Source: Phaeosaccion multiseriatum
Lineage: Eukaryota; Protista; Ochrophyta, other classes
Length of the DNA: 64,000 bases
NCBI GenBank assembly: GCA_965112735.1
Contig: CBCOSG010000001.1
Span: 124,001 to 188,000 of the forward strand
Direction of reading: 5' to 3'
The translations under genes were made by a program, and so were the position numbers. Under the pieces are notes generated by a model. It made no database searches, was not told the DNA's origin, and saw only the letters and a list, made by a program, of their open reading frames with translations. Numbering within the stretch: position 1 is the stretch's first letter; every line of letters begins with the position of its first letter. Below are positions 43,569-56,076 of this stretch, one piece after another.

Positions 43569-44099
43569 TTACTCTTTCCTCTCCCGTGGAGGGTCAATGT
43601 AGAAGCATACAGCCAACAATCCCAAGATACCCAAAGCCCCAAGATAGGGTTCATAGGGGTACATCTCCGAGATTGGTATGAGGTGGTAGACATGAGAAAA
43701 TTGCTTGCATCCATAATAGGCGCAAACCTCTCCAAATAAGTACACTAAAATATAGTGTGTGAACCAAAAGAGGGAAAATGTTACTTTGGAAAGGGGGCTT
43801 AATCCCTGAAACTTTCCAAAGTTTACTGTTACCCCGGAATCTTGTTTGACCCTGTGGTCAAAAAAGAAGAGTCCTATAGCGCAAAGCACGATAAGACCGG
43901 TAACTCCCCCGATTATCGGCGAGGGAAAACTTTTCTTTCCCTTTAAAAAGTTTAGTAAGGATCCCACTTCAAGAAGGGATGATAATACTGCCATCGTAAA
44001 TAGAATACAAGTGAAATAAGCAAAAAGGAATAGGTCCACCTTTTCTAAGAAGCTTCTATTCTTAAAGAAGGGTCTAATAAATTTTTTTTTAGTGCCCAT
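43569..44099 (-). CDS. orf176 (mirror)
   Basis: Identical protein. Confidence 0.8.
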   Translation of the reverse strand: MGTKKKFIRPFFKNRSFLEKVDLFLFAYFTCILFTMAVLSSLLEVGSLLNFLKGKKSFPSPIIGGVTGLIVLCAIGLFFFDHRVKQDSGVTVNFGKFQGLSPLSKVTFSLFWFTHYILVYLFGEVCAYYGCKQFSHVYHLIPISEMYPYEPYLGALGILGLLAVCFYIDPPRERKE

Positions 44100-44359
44100 A
44101 GGACGTATAAATTTTCTCTATTTTGACTCGGGAGGTATTCTTTTTCTTTTTGCTTACTTTCCCTATTTACTTTCGTAATTGAATGATTTGAACAGTACGC
44201 TAAATCGCGTAAAGGTTCTCATTATTAATTTAACCTATCTTAGATTTTTATCAAGCAGTTGATTTTGCAAGTAAGAACTTAAACCGAAACCTAGCAGAAC
44301 TACCACAAAGTAAGCAATTAGTAAAAAAGGTAACAAAAATGAATAAAACAAAATACTTC

Positions 44360-46081
44360 TTAATAAAAGTGGTGTAGACTGCATTGAATGCTAAATTCCA
44401 TAGGACTAAGAAACCAAGAGGGCTGAACACCCATCATTAGACTACATAGAATAAGACTACACAGTATTACAAAATCCAGAGGACTCAAATCATGAAATTC
44501 AGTCATATGATGAGTATTCAAATTCCCATAACACATACGATTGGCTAACCAAAGAGCATAGATAGCACTGAACACCATACCACTGCCTCCTAGTAAACAG
44601 CCAAGAGTATTTACGTGAAAAATACCAATTAAGAGAAGGAACTCCCCTACGAAACTACTGGTTCCTGGTAAACCCATGTTTGCCAAGCTAAAAAAAAGGA
44701 AACAGATTACAAAAAGAGGCATCACTTGAACCAAACCTCCATAATAAGGTAGAAGGCGGTTGTGATAACGATCATAAACCACTCCAACACAAAGGAATAG
44801 GCCTGAAGATACTAAACCATGACTCAAACTTTGTAATAAAGCTCCTTGAATACCGGAGGTTGTAAAACTAAACATTCCTAATACTACCAAGTTCATATGA
44901 GCTACAGAGGTATAAGCAATAATACGCTTTAGATCTACCTGTCGAATGGCTGTAAGAGAAGTATACACAACCCCTACAATTGCTAAACTGGATAAAAAGG
45001 GGCTAAAGTATAAGCTGGCCCATGGGAAAAGACCCAGAGAAAAACGTAAGAACCCGTAAGTTCCCAACTTTAATAAAATTCCTGCCAAAAGTACTGAAGC
45101 CGTAGTAGGGGCTTCTACATGAGCCTCAGGTAGCCAAACGTGGAAAGGTAACATCGGCAATTTGGAAGCAAAAGATAAAAAGAAACCTAACCAAAGGTAG
45201 TATTCCTCTGTTTTAGTCCAATTCAGATTCATAAGACTGATGTAATCTGTACTTCCGCATTCTACATACATGTAGAAAATGCTTAAAAGCATTGCCAACG
45301 AACCTCCGAGGGTATAAAAAAAGAACAACGTGGACGCGTAAATCCGTCTTTTACTTGATCCCCAGGACCCCATAACAAAGTACATGGGAATAAGAATTCC
45401 CTCAAAACAGATGTAAAAAACCATTAAATCAAGTGTGCAAAACACAGCTAAAAGAAGAATTTCCATAATTAAGAAACAAATAAGGTATGATCTTATATTT
45501 CGATTTATACTTCCCCAAGCTGAAAGAGTACATAAAAAGAAAAGAAAAGTGGTTAAAAGAAAAAGGAAAACAGATAAACCATCTACACCCCAATCTTGAG
45601 TTAAACCCAAACTATAGAACCAAGACCATTGATAGCCCCATTGAAAATGTTGAGTAAAAGAAGAGAAGTAAGTCCAAAGGTAAAAAGAATACACAAAAGC
45701 TCCGCTTGCGATACTTAAGCATATCTGCTTGCATAAAGATTCCTGACAAGAAGGCAAGACACAAAGAAGTGACACACCACCGATCACCCCTAAGAAAAGG
45801 TTTTCTAAGCCGGGAGAAGAACACAAAAGAAGAAAAATAAAACTTATAAGACCGAGCAAGCTGGGTTTAGGAAGATAAAAACTAAGAAGCGTTCCAAGAC
45901 TACAAATTCCAAGAAAGTAACCGTATTCTCCTCCATAAAACCAAGTTAGCCCAACAATATGTAAACTACCCAAAAGGACTTGAACATAAACTTTTGACTG
46001 ATTCAAAAAATAAGGCAAAGAAATCTGGAGAAAGACAGGATGCAAAAGAAAAACACTAGCGTAAGATAAAATAAAGCTCAT
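44360..46081 (-). CDS. nad4: NADH dehydrogenase subunit 4 (mirror)
   Basis: Identical protein. Confidence 0.96.
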   Translation of the reverse strand: MSFILSYASVFLLHPVFLQISLPYFLNQSKVYVQVLLGSLHIVGLTWFYGGEYGYFLGICSLGTLLSFYLPKPSLLGLISFIFLLLCSSPGLENLFLGVIGGVSLLCVLPSCQESLCKQICLSIASGAFVYSFYLWTYFSSFTQHFQWGYQWSWFYSLGLTQDWGVDGLSVFLFLLTTFLFFLCTLSAWGSINRNIRSYLICFLIMEILLLAVFCTLDLMVFYICFEGILIPMYFVMGSWGSSKRRIYASTLFFFYTLGGSLAMLLSIFYMYVECGSTDYISLMNLNWTKTEEYYLWLGFFLSFASKLPMLPFHVWLPEAHVEAPTTASVLLAGILLKLGTYGFLRFSLGLFPWASLYFSPFLSSLAIVGVVYTSLTAIRQVDLKRIIAYTSVAHMNLVVLGMFSFTTSGIQGALLQSLSHGLVSSGLFLCVGVVYDRYHNRLLPYYGGLVQVMPLFVICFLFFSLANMGLPGTSSFVGEFLLLIGIFHVNTLGCLLGGSGMVFSAIYALWLANRMCYGNLNTHHMTEFHDLSPLDFVILCSLILCSLMMGVQPSWFLSPMEFSIQCSLHHFY

Positions 46082-46186
46082 GGCCTTTTTCAAAACTTCG
46101 TATGTCCAATTATACTTATTTGTATGATTTTATAAATTCGAATCTTTTCCTTTTTTAAGTCTAGTTTATAAAAATTAATAAAAGCT

Positions 46187-46258
46187 CTCCCCAAACTGGA
46201 TTCGAACCAATGACCTAATGGTTAACAGCCATTCGCTCTACCTCTGAGCTACTGAGGA
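46187..46258 (-). tRNA. trnN: tRNA-Asn(GUU) (mirror)
   Basis: Mirror of 11479..11550. Confidence 0.92.
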
Positions 46259-46310
46259 CGAGGACGAAGTCCTTAGTTATAACCTGAAGGTTTAATCTTG
46301 CTATATAAAT

Positions 46311-46595
<285 letters not shown>

Positions 46596-46638
46596 TTATA
46601 TGAGCCCCTCTTAACAAATGTAAAAGTCCATAGGGGTC

Positions 46639-47211
46639 TTATTCTTTTCTTTTGCGTGGAGGGTCAAGGTATAACCAGAGAATGAACAATCCCAATATAC
46701 CCAAAGACCCAAGATAGGGTTCATATGGGTACGTCTCCGAGATTGGTATGAGGTGGTAGTGCTGACAAGAGTATTTGTACGCATAATAGGCACAAGTCCC
46801 TCCAAATATGCACACTAAAATATAGTGTGCGAACCAAAACAGGGTAAACTTTATCTTGGAAAGGGGGCTTAATCCCTGAAACTTCCCAAAGTTTTCTGTT
46901 ACTCCGGGATCTTCTTTGACCTCCCATTCAAGAATATAGAATGCAAAACCGAAAAGTATGAGAATAGCGATAACCCCTGGGGTTATCCCCGAGGTAAAAC
47001 GTGTGTCCCCATGTAAAAATAAATCCAACATTAATACCTCAAGAAGGGAGGATAATCCTACCAGCCCAAATAGAACAATGTTGAAAAGTCTGAAAAAGAA
47101 CAGGTCGACCTTCTCCAAGAAGGTACGATTTTCATATCGGGGAAAAATGTAAACTGTTTTTTTTTTTATATTTTCAGGACCTCTGATTTTTTTTCTTAAT
47201 TTTTGTTCCAT
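46639..47211 (-). CDS. orf190 (mirror)
   Basis: Identical protein. Confidence 0.8.
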   Translation of the reverse strand: MEQKLRKKIRGPENIKKKTVYIFPRYENRTFLEKVDLFFFRLFNIVLFGLVGLSSLLEVLMLDLFLHGDTRFTSGITPGVIAILILFGFAFYILEWEVKEDPGVTENFGKFQGLSPLSKIKFTLFWFAHYILVCIFGGTCAYYAYKYSCQHYHLIPISETYPYEPYLGSLGILGLFILWLYLDPPRKRKE

Positions 47212-47221
47212 AGTAGTTCAA

Positions 47222-47506
47222 TTACCATGACGATTTAGTCATACCAAAAAGTAAGCCAGCCTTATAAAACCTCCGAAAACTTAAACGAGACAAACGGTGG
47301 GAGCGCAGCACACTTCTACTGCGTCCTGTATCCAAACACCGTCGATTTAGACGTACCAAACTGCCAGAAAATTTTTTTTCCTGTAGCCACCAAGTCCGGT
47401 GACTTTTTAACAAGGTCTTTGTTAACTTAAATTGAACTCTTCGGTTTATTTGACTTTCTGCTTCCTTTCGATGCTTTTGATCTCTGCGTACCCAAGCTTT
47501 TACCAT
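47222..47506 (-). CDS. rps14: Ribosomal protein S14 (mirror)
   Basis: Identical protein. Confidence 0.93.
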   Translation of the reverse strand: MVKAWVRRDQKHRKEAESQINRRVQFKLTKTLLKSHRTWWLQEKKFSGSLVRLNRRCLDTGRSRSVLRSHRLSRLSFRRFYKAGLLFGMTKSSW

Positions 47507-47862
47507 TCTAAACTTCCGATTTTCCAAGCGTACACAAAACCTAAGCAAAGTTCAAGAATAAAATCAATACCGGCCCAAAATCCTACATAAGTCATTTGAC
47601 TTAAACTTACCCCCCAAGGAAATAAAAAGATAGCTTCCACATCAAAAATTAAAAAGAGGATGGCTACCAGATAGAAACGAACATCAAAAGCGTTACGAGC
47701 ATCTTCGTAAGGATCAAACCCACACTCGTAAGTGGAAAGTTTTTCAGTATCACCGGCACTGGTGCTTAAAAGGTAAGATAAACCAAAAATTAAACTAGAC
47801 ACGCCAAAACTTAACAACAAGAGTATAAGAATACCATAATAATCTTGAAAAAATAAGGACAT
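47500..47862 (-). CDS. nad3: NADH dehydrogenase subunit 3 (mirror)
   Basis: Identical protein. Confidence 0.97.
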   Translation of the reverse strand: MSLFFQDYYGILILLLLSFGVSSLIFGLSYLLSTSAGDTEKLSTYECGFDPYEDARNAFDVRFYLVAILFLIFDVEAIFLFPWGVSLSQMTYVGFWAGIDFILELCLGFVYAWKIGSLEW

Positions 47863-48116
47863 CTTTAATTAAATTTTTTAAAAAATACTTGTTCTACTTT
47901 GTATACTAACACAATGTTAAATTTAGAAAGCAAAAGTTTTGATTTTAATTCTCTTTATAAAGTCTGTTAGTCTTATCTTCGTTAGATAGTGTTTTTGTTG
48001 GAGTAATAAAGCTTTGGTCCAATTATTACTAACACAATTTTCAAATTTTAACTTTTTTTAAATGAAACTCAGTCGATTAATAATTTTAAATAAGTTCTTG
48101 CCTAAATACCTAAGTC

Positions 48117-48189
48117 TGAGTAAATTGGGACTTGAACCCAAAACTCCCGGATTAAAAGTCCGACACTCTACCCATTGAGTTATTTACTC
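48117..48189 (-). tRNA. trnK: tRNA-Lys(UUU) (mirror)
   Basis: Mirror of 9548..9620. Confidence 0.92.
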
Positions 48190-48249
48190 TTTGAATCTTC
48201 TTTTAGAGCTTACACGTATAAAATATAGGAAAAGAACGTTTTTTTGATA

Positions 48250-49251
48250 TTAAGCACAAAAAGCCGGAAATCCTTGAAGACCTAAAAGAACACCTACTGA
48301 TAAAATTACCCAAGCTAGAGAGAAGGGGAGAAAAACTTTCCAACCTAAATTCATGAGTTGGTCGTAACGAAAGCGAGGTAGTATTGCTCGACACAAGATA
48401 AACAGGCAGACAAAAAAGCAAATTTTTAAGCCGAACCAGGGAAGTTGACTCCACAAAGGAAGTTTACTTCCTACCATAGGCCACCATCCGCCAAGAAAGA
48501 GAAGGCTGCAAAGAGCACTCATAAAAAGCATGTTCAAATATTCCCCTAAAAAAAACAAAGCAAAACCCATGGCGGAATACTCTACATTGTATCCCGAAAC
48601 TAATTCTGCTTCTGCTTCGGACAAGTCAAAAGGATGACGATTGGTTTCAGCGAGAATACAGACAAAAAACATCACACTAAGAGGACCTAAAGGCAGACAA
48701 AACCATACCTCTTCTTGAGCAAAAATCATTTGGTTAAAATTGTAGCTGCCTACGCAGCACAAAAGACTTACCAAAATAAAGCCCATAGAAACCTCGTAGG
48801 ATACCATTTGAGCAGCCGATCGCAGTCCACCTAAAAAAGCATATTTTGAATTACTGGCCCAGCCTGCAATAATAATGGCACACACTCCAAGAGCAGAAAT
48901 GGCAAAAACGTATAAGAGTCCAAGGTCGATGTCCGCAAGAATTCCTCCTTCTTTTAGAGGCATTACACCCCAGTTTAAAATGCTAAAAGCAAAACAACAT
49001 ATAGGAGCAAAAGCAAACAACACTGTGTTAGCGTTGCTGGGAGCAATACTTTCTTTAACAAAAAGTTTTAGTCCATCGGCAAGTGGTTGTAGAATACCCA
49101 TATACCCGACTACATTTGGTCCTCTACGACGTTGTATAGAACCCATAAGCTTACGTTCTAATAAAGTAAAATAGGCTACACACAAAAGAGAAGGCACAAG
49201 AATAATAAGAATCTTTATTAAGCTCACGAGATTGAGTTGAATTAAGCTCAT
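48250..49251 (-). CDS. nad1: NADH dehydrogenase subunit 1 (intact, 333 aa)
   Basis: Full ORF including [14 protein letters not shown]. Confidence 0.98.
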   Translation of the reverse strand: MSLIQLNLVSLIKILIILVPSLLCVAYFTLLERKLMGSIQRRRGPNVVGYMGILQPLADGLKLFVKESIAPSNANTVLFAFAPICCFAFSILNWGVMPLKEGGILADIDLGLLYVFAISALGVCAIIIAGWASNSKYAFLGGLRSAAQMVSYEVSMGFILVSLLCCVGSYNFNQMIFAQEEVWFCLPLGPLSVMFFVCILAETNRHPFDLSEAEAELVSGYNVEYSAMGFALFFLGEYLNMLFMSALCSLLFLGGWWPMVGSKLPLWSQLPWFGLKICFFVCLFILCRAILPRFRYDQLMNLGWKVFLPFSLAWVILSVGVLLGLQGFPAFCA

Positions 49252-49305
49252 GTAAGTTTGATTTTATAAGATAAGTAAATTAAGAAAGTGTGCTCATTTA
49301 CAATT

Positions 49306-49388
49306 TACTCGCTACCGGACTTGAACCGATATTTCTTCAAGAAAATAGATTTTAAGTCTACCGTGTCTACCAATTCCACCAAGCGAGC
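49306..49388 (-). tRNA. trnL: tRNA-Leu(UAA) (mirror)
   Basis: Mirror of 8348..8430. Confidence 0.92.
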
Positions 49389-49523
49389 ATCTTGTCAAGT
49401 AAAGGCTTTAATTTGTTTTCTATAACGTCTTATAATTTATAATTGCTTATAATACGGTTCGGTTATTTGGCTGAGTACTTTAAGCTCTGCAATTTAGAAG
49501 TACTTGTCTGAACCTAAACAAAT

Positions 49524-50282
49524 TTAGTTGGACAAAGTATATTCTGCATAATCGGCCAGATCAACAGCTTTGACAACGATAGGCATGAAACCGTGGCTTT
49601 TACCACAAATTTCACTGCACTGACCGTAAAGTACTCCAGATCGCTTTAGGTAGATGCATACCTGATTTAAACGACCGGGGCAAGCGTCTACTTTTACACC
49701 CAGTGAAGGTACTGCCCAAGAATGAAGGACATCGGCCGAAGTTACTAATAGACGAATATGAGTGTTGGTGGGTAAAACCAGACGATGATCCACCTCCAGT
49801 AATCGAAAATCTCCTTTTTGTAAGTCGCTATCTGCTTTCATATACGAATCAAAAGAAAGACTTTCTTGATCTGCTCTCTGATTATAATCAGAGCATTCGT
49901 AACTCCAATACCACTGATGGCCAATAGCTTTTACGCTTAAACTAGGATCTAAGACCTCTTCTAAGGAATACAAAAGAGCAAAAGAAGGCAATCCGATAAA
50001 AATTAGAATTACTGCCGGAAACAAAGTCCAAATAATTTCTAAATTGGTAGAGTGAGACCAAGGCCCATCTTTGCCTATTTCCAATTTAGTTTTTGAAAAG
50101 TCCATTTCAAAACTGCAAGGATAAGAAAAGTTTGTCGCGATAATTTGACCCTGGTAATGATCAAAAGAGCGATATAACATCCACAGAACTAAAGTACCCA
50201 CTAGAATAAGATAAAACATGGTCAGATTGTGAAAATTAATCATTCCTTCCATGATTGGGGTGACCGGGTCTTGAAAAGTCAT
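49524..50282 (-). CDS. cox2: Cytochrome c oxidase subunit 2 (mirror)
   Basis: Identical protein. Confidence 0.98.
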   Translation of the reverse strand: MTFQDPVTPIMEGMINFHNLTMFYLILVGTLVLWMLYRSFDHYQGQIIATNFSYPCSFEMDFSKTKLEIGKDGPWSHSTNLEIIWTLFPAVILIFIGLPSFALLYSLEEVLDPSLSVKAIGHQWYWSYECSDYNQRADQESLSFDSYMKADSDLQKGDFRLLEVDHRLVLPTNTHIRLLVTSADVLHSWAVPSLGVKVDACPGRLNQVCIYLKRSGVLYGQCSEICGKSHGFMPIVVKAVDLADYAEYTLSN

Positions 50283-50354
50283 AGAGCAAAAAAACTTTAA
50301 AACACTTGTACAAAATAAAAATGTGTCGGTCTTAAACTATTTAATACAAAGGAC

Positions 50355-50720
50355 TTATTTAGTACCAGTTTTTAATTTTGTATCTTTGTTGCAAAGACAG
50401 AACTGAAACTTAAATTGTACTTGATCATCAAAAGAAGTTTGTAACCAATTTAGATAACGTAGTATTGGATAAAGCTTCATGTGTGAAAAATATAAACAAG
50501 CCTTGTAAGTACGGCGTTCGTAAGTATTTCGAGACTTGGAATGCACATGGGAAGAGCGTAGCAAAGTCCAAGTTTTTTTTTGATAAGGGGTATTTTCTAT
50601 TCTGTAGGTATGCCGTGCTGGAATTTCTTGTAAAACTAAAGCAAGAAGTCCTTTAGAATAGGTTCTAATGTTTATTTTTACGCTCGCAAGAGAAGTTGAA
50701 TGGGGTGTAGCTAATTTCAT
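50355..50720 (-). CDS. rps10: Ribosomal protein S10 (mirror)
   Basis: Identical protein. Confidence 0.88.
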   Translation of the reverse strand: MKLATPHSTSLASVKINIRTYSKGLLALVLQEIPARHTYRIENTPYQKKTWTLLRSSHVHSKSRNTYERRTYKACLYFSHMKLYPILRYLNWLQTSFDDQVQFKFQFCLCNKDTKLKTGTK

Positions 50721-50882
50721 ATATATATTTTGGTTTTTATACTAAATCCCAGAAAATCAGGAAAGGGGATGTTGTAATCAAAGGTAGAATCTAGATTTAC
50801 GACTTTTGGATCAATGAGCCTAACAAGCTGACCAAGTGTTTTAGTCCACCAGTATATGAAAAAACTACGTGAATTTTAGATT

Positions 50883-51253
50883 TTAAAACTTCACAAATCA
50901 AAAACTACCTCCACTGCCTAAGCTTCGCGCAGTAGACTACCACTTATAATTCCATAAGGCGTACTTAAGATAACTAAGGAGGTTTGGCTACGTCGTGTCC
51001 ATAACGGTGGCAAGAAGTGGGGCGAGAGGAAAAAAGATAGAGCCGATTACACTTCTGCCTTGTACGTACTTTAGTAAAATTTTGACACTTCGAGAACAGG
51101 TTTCTTGAGTATAACCCCGCAAAAATCCGTAGGTTGCCACAGTACGTCTAGGACTCGAAGACCGGCTTTAGTGGGTACGCAAACAACGCTAGATTTTTTA
51201 TTTCGATAAGATTGATCTAAAATCTGTAGCATGGGTTGAATTCCTGCTTTCAT
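50883..51253 (-). CDS. rps8: Ribosomal protein S8 (several small insertions in this arm)
   Basis: Mirror of intact 6493..6855. Confidence 0.85.
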
Positions 51254-51274
51254 AAGGGTTTAGTAAACAAAATT

Positions 51275-51886
51275 TTAAGACAAAATAGAATTCTTAAAAC
51301 TTCGACTCAGTTGTTCGCACAAAAACTGATTGGCTTGAACATCCTCTTTGGACCGTCCAAGACTTAAAAGAATTGCTCCCATCATACTTACAAGTAGCAA
51401 CATTCCTGTAACTAACAAGTCCTCTATGTGATCCGTATATAAGCTAAGCCCTATATTTTGAGGACTCGTTATAGAATCTCCCTTTAGATAAGTGGAAAAT
51501 ATTTGAGTATACCAAACTTCTTCTAAACTCCAAAGAAAATCTCCTACTAAAAGTCCAAGTCCTAGAAGGCCTAAAATTAACAGAGTATTGGATGGATTGC
51601 TTTCATACTTAGACACTTTTAAATCAAGCATCATAACTACAAATAGAAATAAAATAGAGATCGCCCCTACATAGACAATAAGACTAACGTAGGTAAGAAA
51701 GTCTGCATGAAAAAGTAAGCACAAACCTCCTACATTAAGAAACACTCCAATTAACAGCAGTACAGCATATACCGGATTTTTCCCACTTACTAGGAAGTAC
51801 GCCGAATTTAGGGCATTGAAAGAAAAGCCTAGTATCATAAGACTAGACCACATTTGAGTTCCTCCTAATATCCAGGATAATTTCAT
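51275..51886 (-). CDS. nad6: NADH dehydrogenase subunit 6 (mirror)
   Basis: Identical protein. Confidence 0.95.
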   Translation of the reverse strand: MKLSWILGGTQMWSSLMILGFSFNALNSAYFLVSGKNPVYAVLLLIGVFLNVGGLCLLFHADFLTYVSLIVYVGAISILFLFVVMMLDLKVSKYESNPSNTLLILGLLGLGLLVGDFLWSLEEVWYTQIFSTYLKGDSITSPQNIGLSLYTDHIEDLLVTGMLLLVSMMGAILLSLGRSKEDVQANQFLCEQLSRSFKNSILS

Positions 51887-51984
51887 TGTTGGACAAGTAC
51901 CACTTAATAAGATTTAGTTTAATAAGAAGCTAAGTACAAATTGTGAAACCTGATCTTTGACCTACTTGTCAAAAAGAAAAAACT

Positions 51985-52067
51985 TACCAAAGAAGGGACT
52001 CGAACCCTTATTCTTTAAAAGAACCGGAACCTAAACCCGGCGTGTCTACCAATTTCACCACTTTGGC
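51985..52067 (-). tRNA. trnL: tRNA-Leu(UAG) (mirror)
   Basis: Mirror of 5679..5761. Confidence 0.92.
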
Positions 52068-52080
52068 TTTGCAAGTTTAC

Positions 52081-52834
52081 TTAATGAGGCTTCATTTAAG
52101 ACATCTCCTAAATAAATACAAGTTAAGATCGTAAAAACGTAAGTCTGAATCAGACTTACTCCCAATTCTAGTCCCATAAGTGCTACAAGCACAAATAAAG
52201 GAATGAAATGAGCCACAAACAAAGCTTTTCCTTTCCCCAACATAGCCCAAGCAAAACCAGCAATTACCTTTAACAAGGTGTGTCCTGCCATCATATTGGC
52301 AAATAGCCGTACTCCCAGACTAATAGGCTTAAAAATGTAAGAAACAATTTCTATAGGCACCAAAAGCAAGCTTAAGCCTAAACTGGTTCCTCCGGGTAAA
52401 AATAAAGAAAACATTTCGCTCCCTTTTTTTAAAATCCCAATGATATTGATTCCAATGAATAGAGTTAAGCTTAAATTTAGAGTAACGATAAGATGGCTGG
52501 TCATGGTAAAGCTATAAGGCACCAAACCAATAAGATTGGTGATTAAGATAAAGCAAAATAAGCTGAAGAGAAGTGGAAAATACACCTGGCCATTTTTTCC
52601 TAGTGTGTCTTGAATTAATTCTCCGATCATGACGTAAAATGTGTCTAACACATTATTCCAGGCAGTAGGAATAAGACTTTGTCTCCCTCTCAACACACAA
52701 TTCAACATGAAAAAAAAACTTCCTAAACCAATGCTAAGAATACAAAGCGGTTTAGTAAGGGTTAAAGAAAAGCCTGCAAAGGAAAAACTAAAACAGGGAA
52801 GAATAGCGAACTGCTCTAACGGACTGTATACCAT
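52081..52834 (-). CDS. atp6: ATP synthase subunit a (1-nt insertion just before the stop in this arm)
   Basis: Continuous ORF; true end ..LNEAH* taken from the left arm. Confidence 0.96.
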
Positions 52835-53010
52835 GGGTCATAAAAAATACGCACTTTTATTTAGGCCTATATCTGTGTTGGAAAAATTTTAGTCTCTGCC
52901 TATAGAAAATAGGAGGGAAAAGTTTTCGGCTTCTTTTTAATGGACCAGCCTATTTTGGATACTATCTCTTCTTTTCAGGAGCGCCTTTGATGCAAAATAG
53001 CATCTAAATT

Positions 53011-53083
53011 AGGGTCTAAGTAGACTTGAACTACTGACCTTACCCTTATCAGGGGTACGCTCTACCACCTGAGCTATAGACCC
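53011..53083 (-). tRNA. trnI: tRNA-Ile(GAU) (mirror)
   Basis: Mirror of 4664..4736. Confidence 0.93.
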
Positions 53084-53165
53084 AGTTCTTGTGAAAGGCG
53101 AGTTTTTTATAGCTTTTCTAATGAAAAAAATAAAGCTTGTAGTTCATAAAGAGCTAAACTTAGGT

Positions 53166-53237
53166 CGAGAAAGAAAGGACTTGAACCTTTAACCTTTGGC
53201 TTTGGAGACCAATACTCTACCATTGAGTTACCCTCTC
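53166..53237 (-). tRNA. trnW: tRNA-Trp(CCA) (mirror)
   Basis: Mirror of 4512..4583. Confidence 0.92.
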
Positions 53238-53253
53238 AAAGACTTAAATTTAT

Positions 53254-55246
53254 TTATGAAAAGGACCTTCGGGGTTCTAAACTCAGTTCTTTAAAACCGA
53301 TAGAACTCCAGCTAAGATTCCTTCCCAACCCCACATGGGTAAAAAAATCCCCATACACAACCTCCAAGAATAAGCAAACCTGCATGATACACTAAACCTG
53401 ACTGATTTTGCTGAAGTTCGGTACTTAGGTGCTGGGTAAATTGAGCTATTCCCTTAGGTCCGAGAATTTGAAACAATCCCCGGTCCAAAGCTTTATAAGT
53501 CAACTTATAAGCCCACTCCATTCCGCCTTGGCTCAGACTTTGATTATAAAGCTTGTCAAAGAACCATTTTCGGTTTAGAAAGGTATAGACGAAAATGTTT
53601 TTCATCTTCTGCTTATAGAGCATTGGACTGCAGTAAGCGTACAAATAAAAAGACAGACCAAAGCCGCTGAGGCTAAGGATTACCGGGAGAAGTTTGGGAA
53701 AAATGGGTAAAAATTCCCCGTCAATAACCGAGTAATTTTGAGGAAGATAAAATAGAGCATTACCAAAGAAGTCACTACCAATTCCAATTACACAATCCTT
53801 TGCGACAAAGCCTAGGAAAAGACTTGGAATAGCTAAAACTCCTAAAGGAAGGCTCATTTTCCAACCGGGCTCATGAGCTCCCATAAGAACTACTTTGGAC
53901 CCCATAGGCTCTGCAAAAAAATTTAAAAAAAGCAAGCGAATTGATTAAAAAGCCGTACAAAAAGCGGCTCCACAGCCCAGTATGTAAGCAAAATATCCTT
54001 GAGCGTCAAATCTGGCGTAAGCTACTTCTAAGATAACATCTTTAGAATAGAAACCCGTCAGATAAGGAAAACCCATTAGGGACAGTGACCCGATCAACAT
54101 CATGGCGTAAGTGAAAGGCAGAAGGCGCCGAAGACCTCCCATCTTTCGCATATCCTGCTCATTATTAATACCATGAATAACGGAACCAGCCCCTAAAAAA
54201 AGTAAAGCTTTAAAAAAGCCGTGATTAACCAAATGAAAAACGCCTACTCCGTAATTAGAAAGACCGCAAGCAAAAATCATATAGCCTAACTGGCTACAGG
54301 TGGAGTAAGCAATCACCCTCTTCATGTCATTTTGCACTAGAGCAGTGGTGGCGGCAAAAAAACTGGTGCTCGCTCCTGCAAAACTTATTAAACTTAAGGC
54401 TTGAGGAGCGTACTCTAATAAGCCAGAGCACCTGCTTAAAAGAAAAACTCCCGCCGTTACCATAGTAGCGGCGTGAATTAAGGCGGACACCGGAGTAGGT
54501 CCCTCCATGGCATCGGGCAACCAGGTATGGAGGCCTAATTGAGCCGATTTTCCCATAGCTCCTATAAAGAGAAGGACACCAATAAGATTGGTCTTTTGCA
54601 CAGAAAATCCTAAAAACAAGGCAGTCTCTTCCCATTGGTAAGGTACGCTAGCAAAAAAGCTCGTATACTCCATTGTTTGAAAGTATAAGAAAGTTGCAAA
54701 GATTCCTAATCCTAAACCTAAGTCTCCAATGCGGTTAAGAACCATAGCTTTTATGGCGGCTTTATTAGCCTGAATTCTGGTATACCAGAAGTTGATTAGA
54801 AGATAAGAACAAAGCCCTACCCCCTCCCAACCCACGAACATCTGTAAGAAATTGTCTCCGGTAATTAAGATTACCATAAAAAAGGTAAACAGACTAAGAT
54901 AGGCCATAAAACGAGAGAGATGAGGGTCGTTTTCCATATACTCTGTAGAATACAAATGTACCAAGAAAGATACAAAACTTACCAATACTACCATAAGACA
55001 ACTAAGGCTGTCAAAAGTTACGCACCAGTTGGCATGGAAAAGATCCGTGTGTACCCAAGATGCAACTTGAAGCACCAAAGGACTTCCTCCCATACCAACT
55101 TCATAAAAACATAATAAACTGAGAGCCATACTACCTCCCATGCAGACAGTGGTAATCCAGGAAGCACCTTTACCTCCTATAAAGTTTCCCAAACTTGAGC
55201 TGCTTAAGAAACCGAACCAAGGAAGACCGACTATATTTAGATACAC
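53254..55246 (-). CDS. nad5: NADH dehydrogenase subunit 5 (error patches near 53910-53950 and 53340 in this arm)
   Basis: Mirror of intact 2504..4495. Confidence 0.93.
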
Positions 55247-55268
55247 GACTAAAGATTTTTCCTTAATT

Positions 55269-56064
55269 AGGATAAGGTGGGATTCGAACCCACGGTACCT
55301 CGGTACTTCAGCTTTCAAAACTGACATCTTCAACCCCTCGATCACTTATCCAGGGCGAAGAACGGGACTTGAACCCGCGACATTCAGAACCACAAACTGA
55401 TACTCTAACCAACTGAGCTATCCTCGCCTTATGGAGATAGAGGGATTCGAACCCACAGCCTTATGCTTGCAAAGCATACTGTCTACCATTGACATATACC
55501 CCCTTCGAGAAAGACGGGATTTGAACCCGCGACTTTCGGCGTGACAGGCTGACACTCTACCACTGAGTTACTTCCTCGATTTTTGAGCTTACCCTCTATG
55601 AGAATTGAACTCATATCTTCATCGTGAAAGGATGACGTCCTAACCATTAGACGAAGAGGGCTTGTCCAAAGATGGATTTGAACCACCGACACAAGGATTT
55701 TCAGTCCTATGCTCTACCCCTGAGCTATTTAGACTTAGCGGAGAAGGGATTTGAACCCCTGATCTGTGGATTATGAGTCCAATATTCTCACCCCTGAACT
55801 ACTCCGCTTTATGAAGAGGATGGGATTCGAACCCATGATATAAAAATATCTACATATTGATTTAGCAAACCAACGCTTTCAGCCCCTCAGCCACCTCTTC
55901 TGGAATGAGTAATGACGGATTCGAACCGCCAACCTCTTAGGTGTAAGCTAAGCAGTCTACCATTGACATAATCACTCTTGATTTGATATATTTAGCGAAA
56001 AAGGGATTTGAACCCTTGGCCTTCGGATTATGAGTCCAACATTCTACCCCTGAACTATCTCGCC
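55269..56064 (-). tRNA. Mirror cluster of 10 tRNAs: M 55993-56064, V 55906-55977, S(GCU) 55812-55900, M 55736-55808, F 55663-55734, E 55590-55661, D 55506-55577, A 55432-55503, H 55354-55428, S(UGA) 55269-55351
   Basis: Reverse complement of 1686..2481. Confidence 0.92.
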
Positions 56065-56076
56065 TTCAAAATAGAA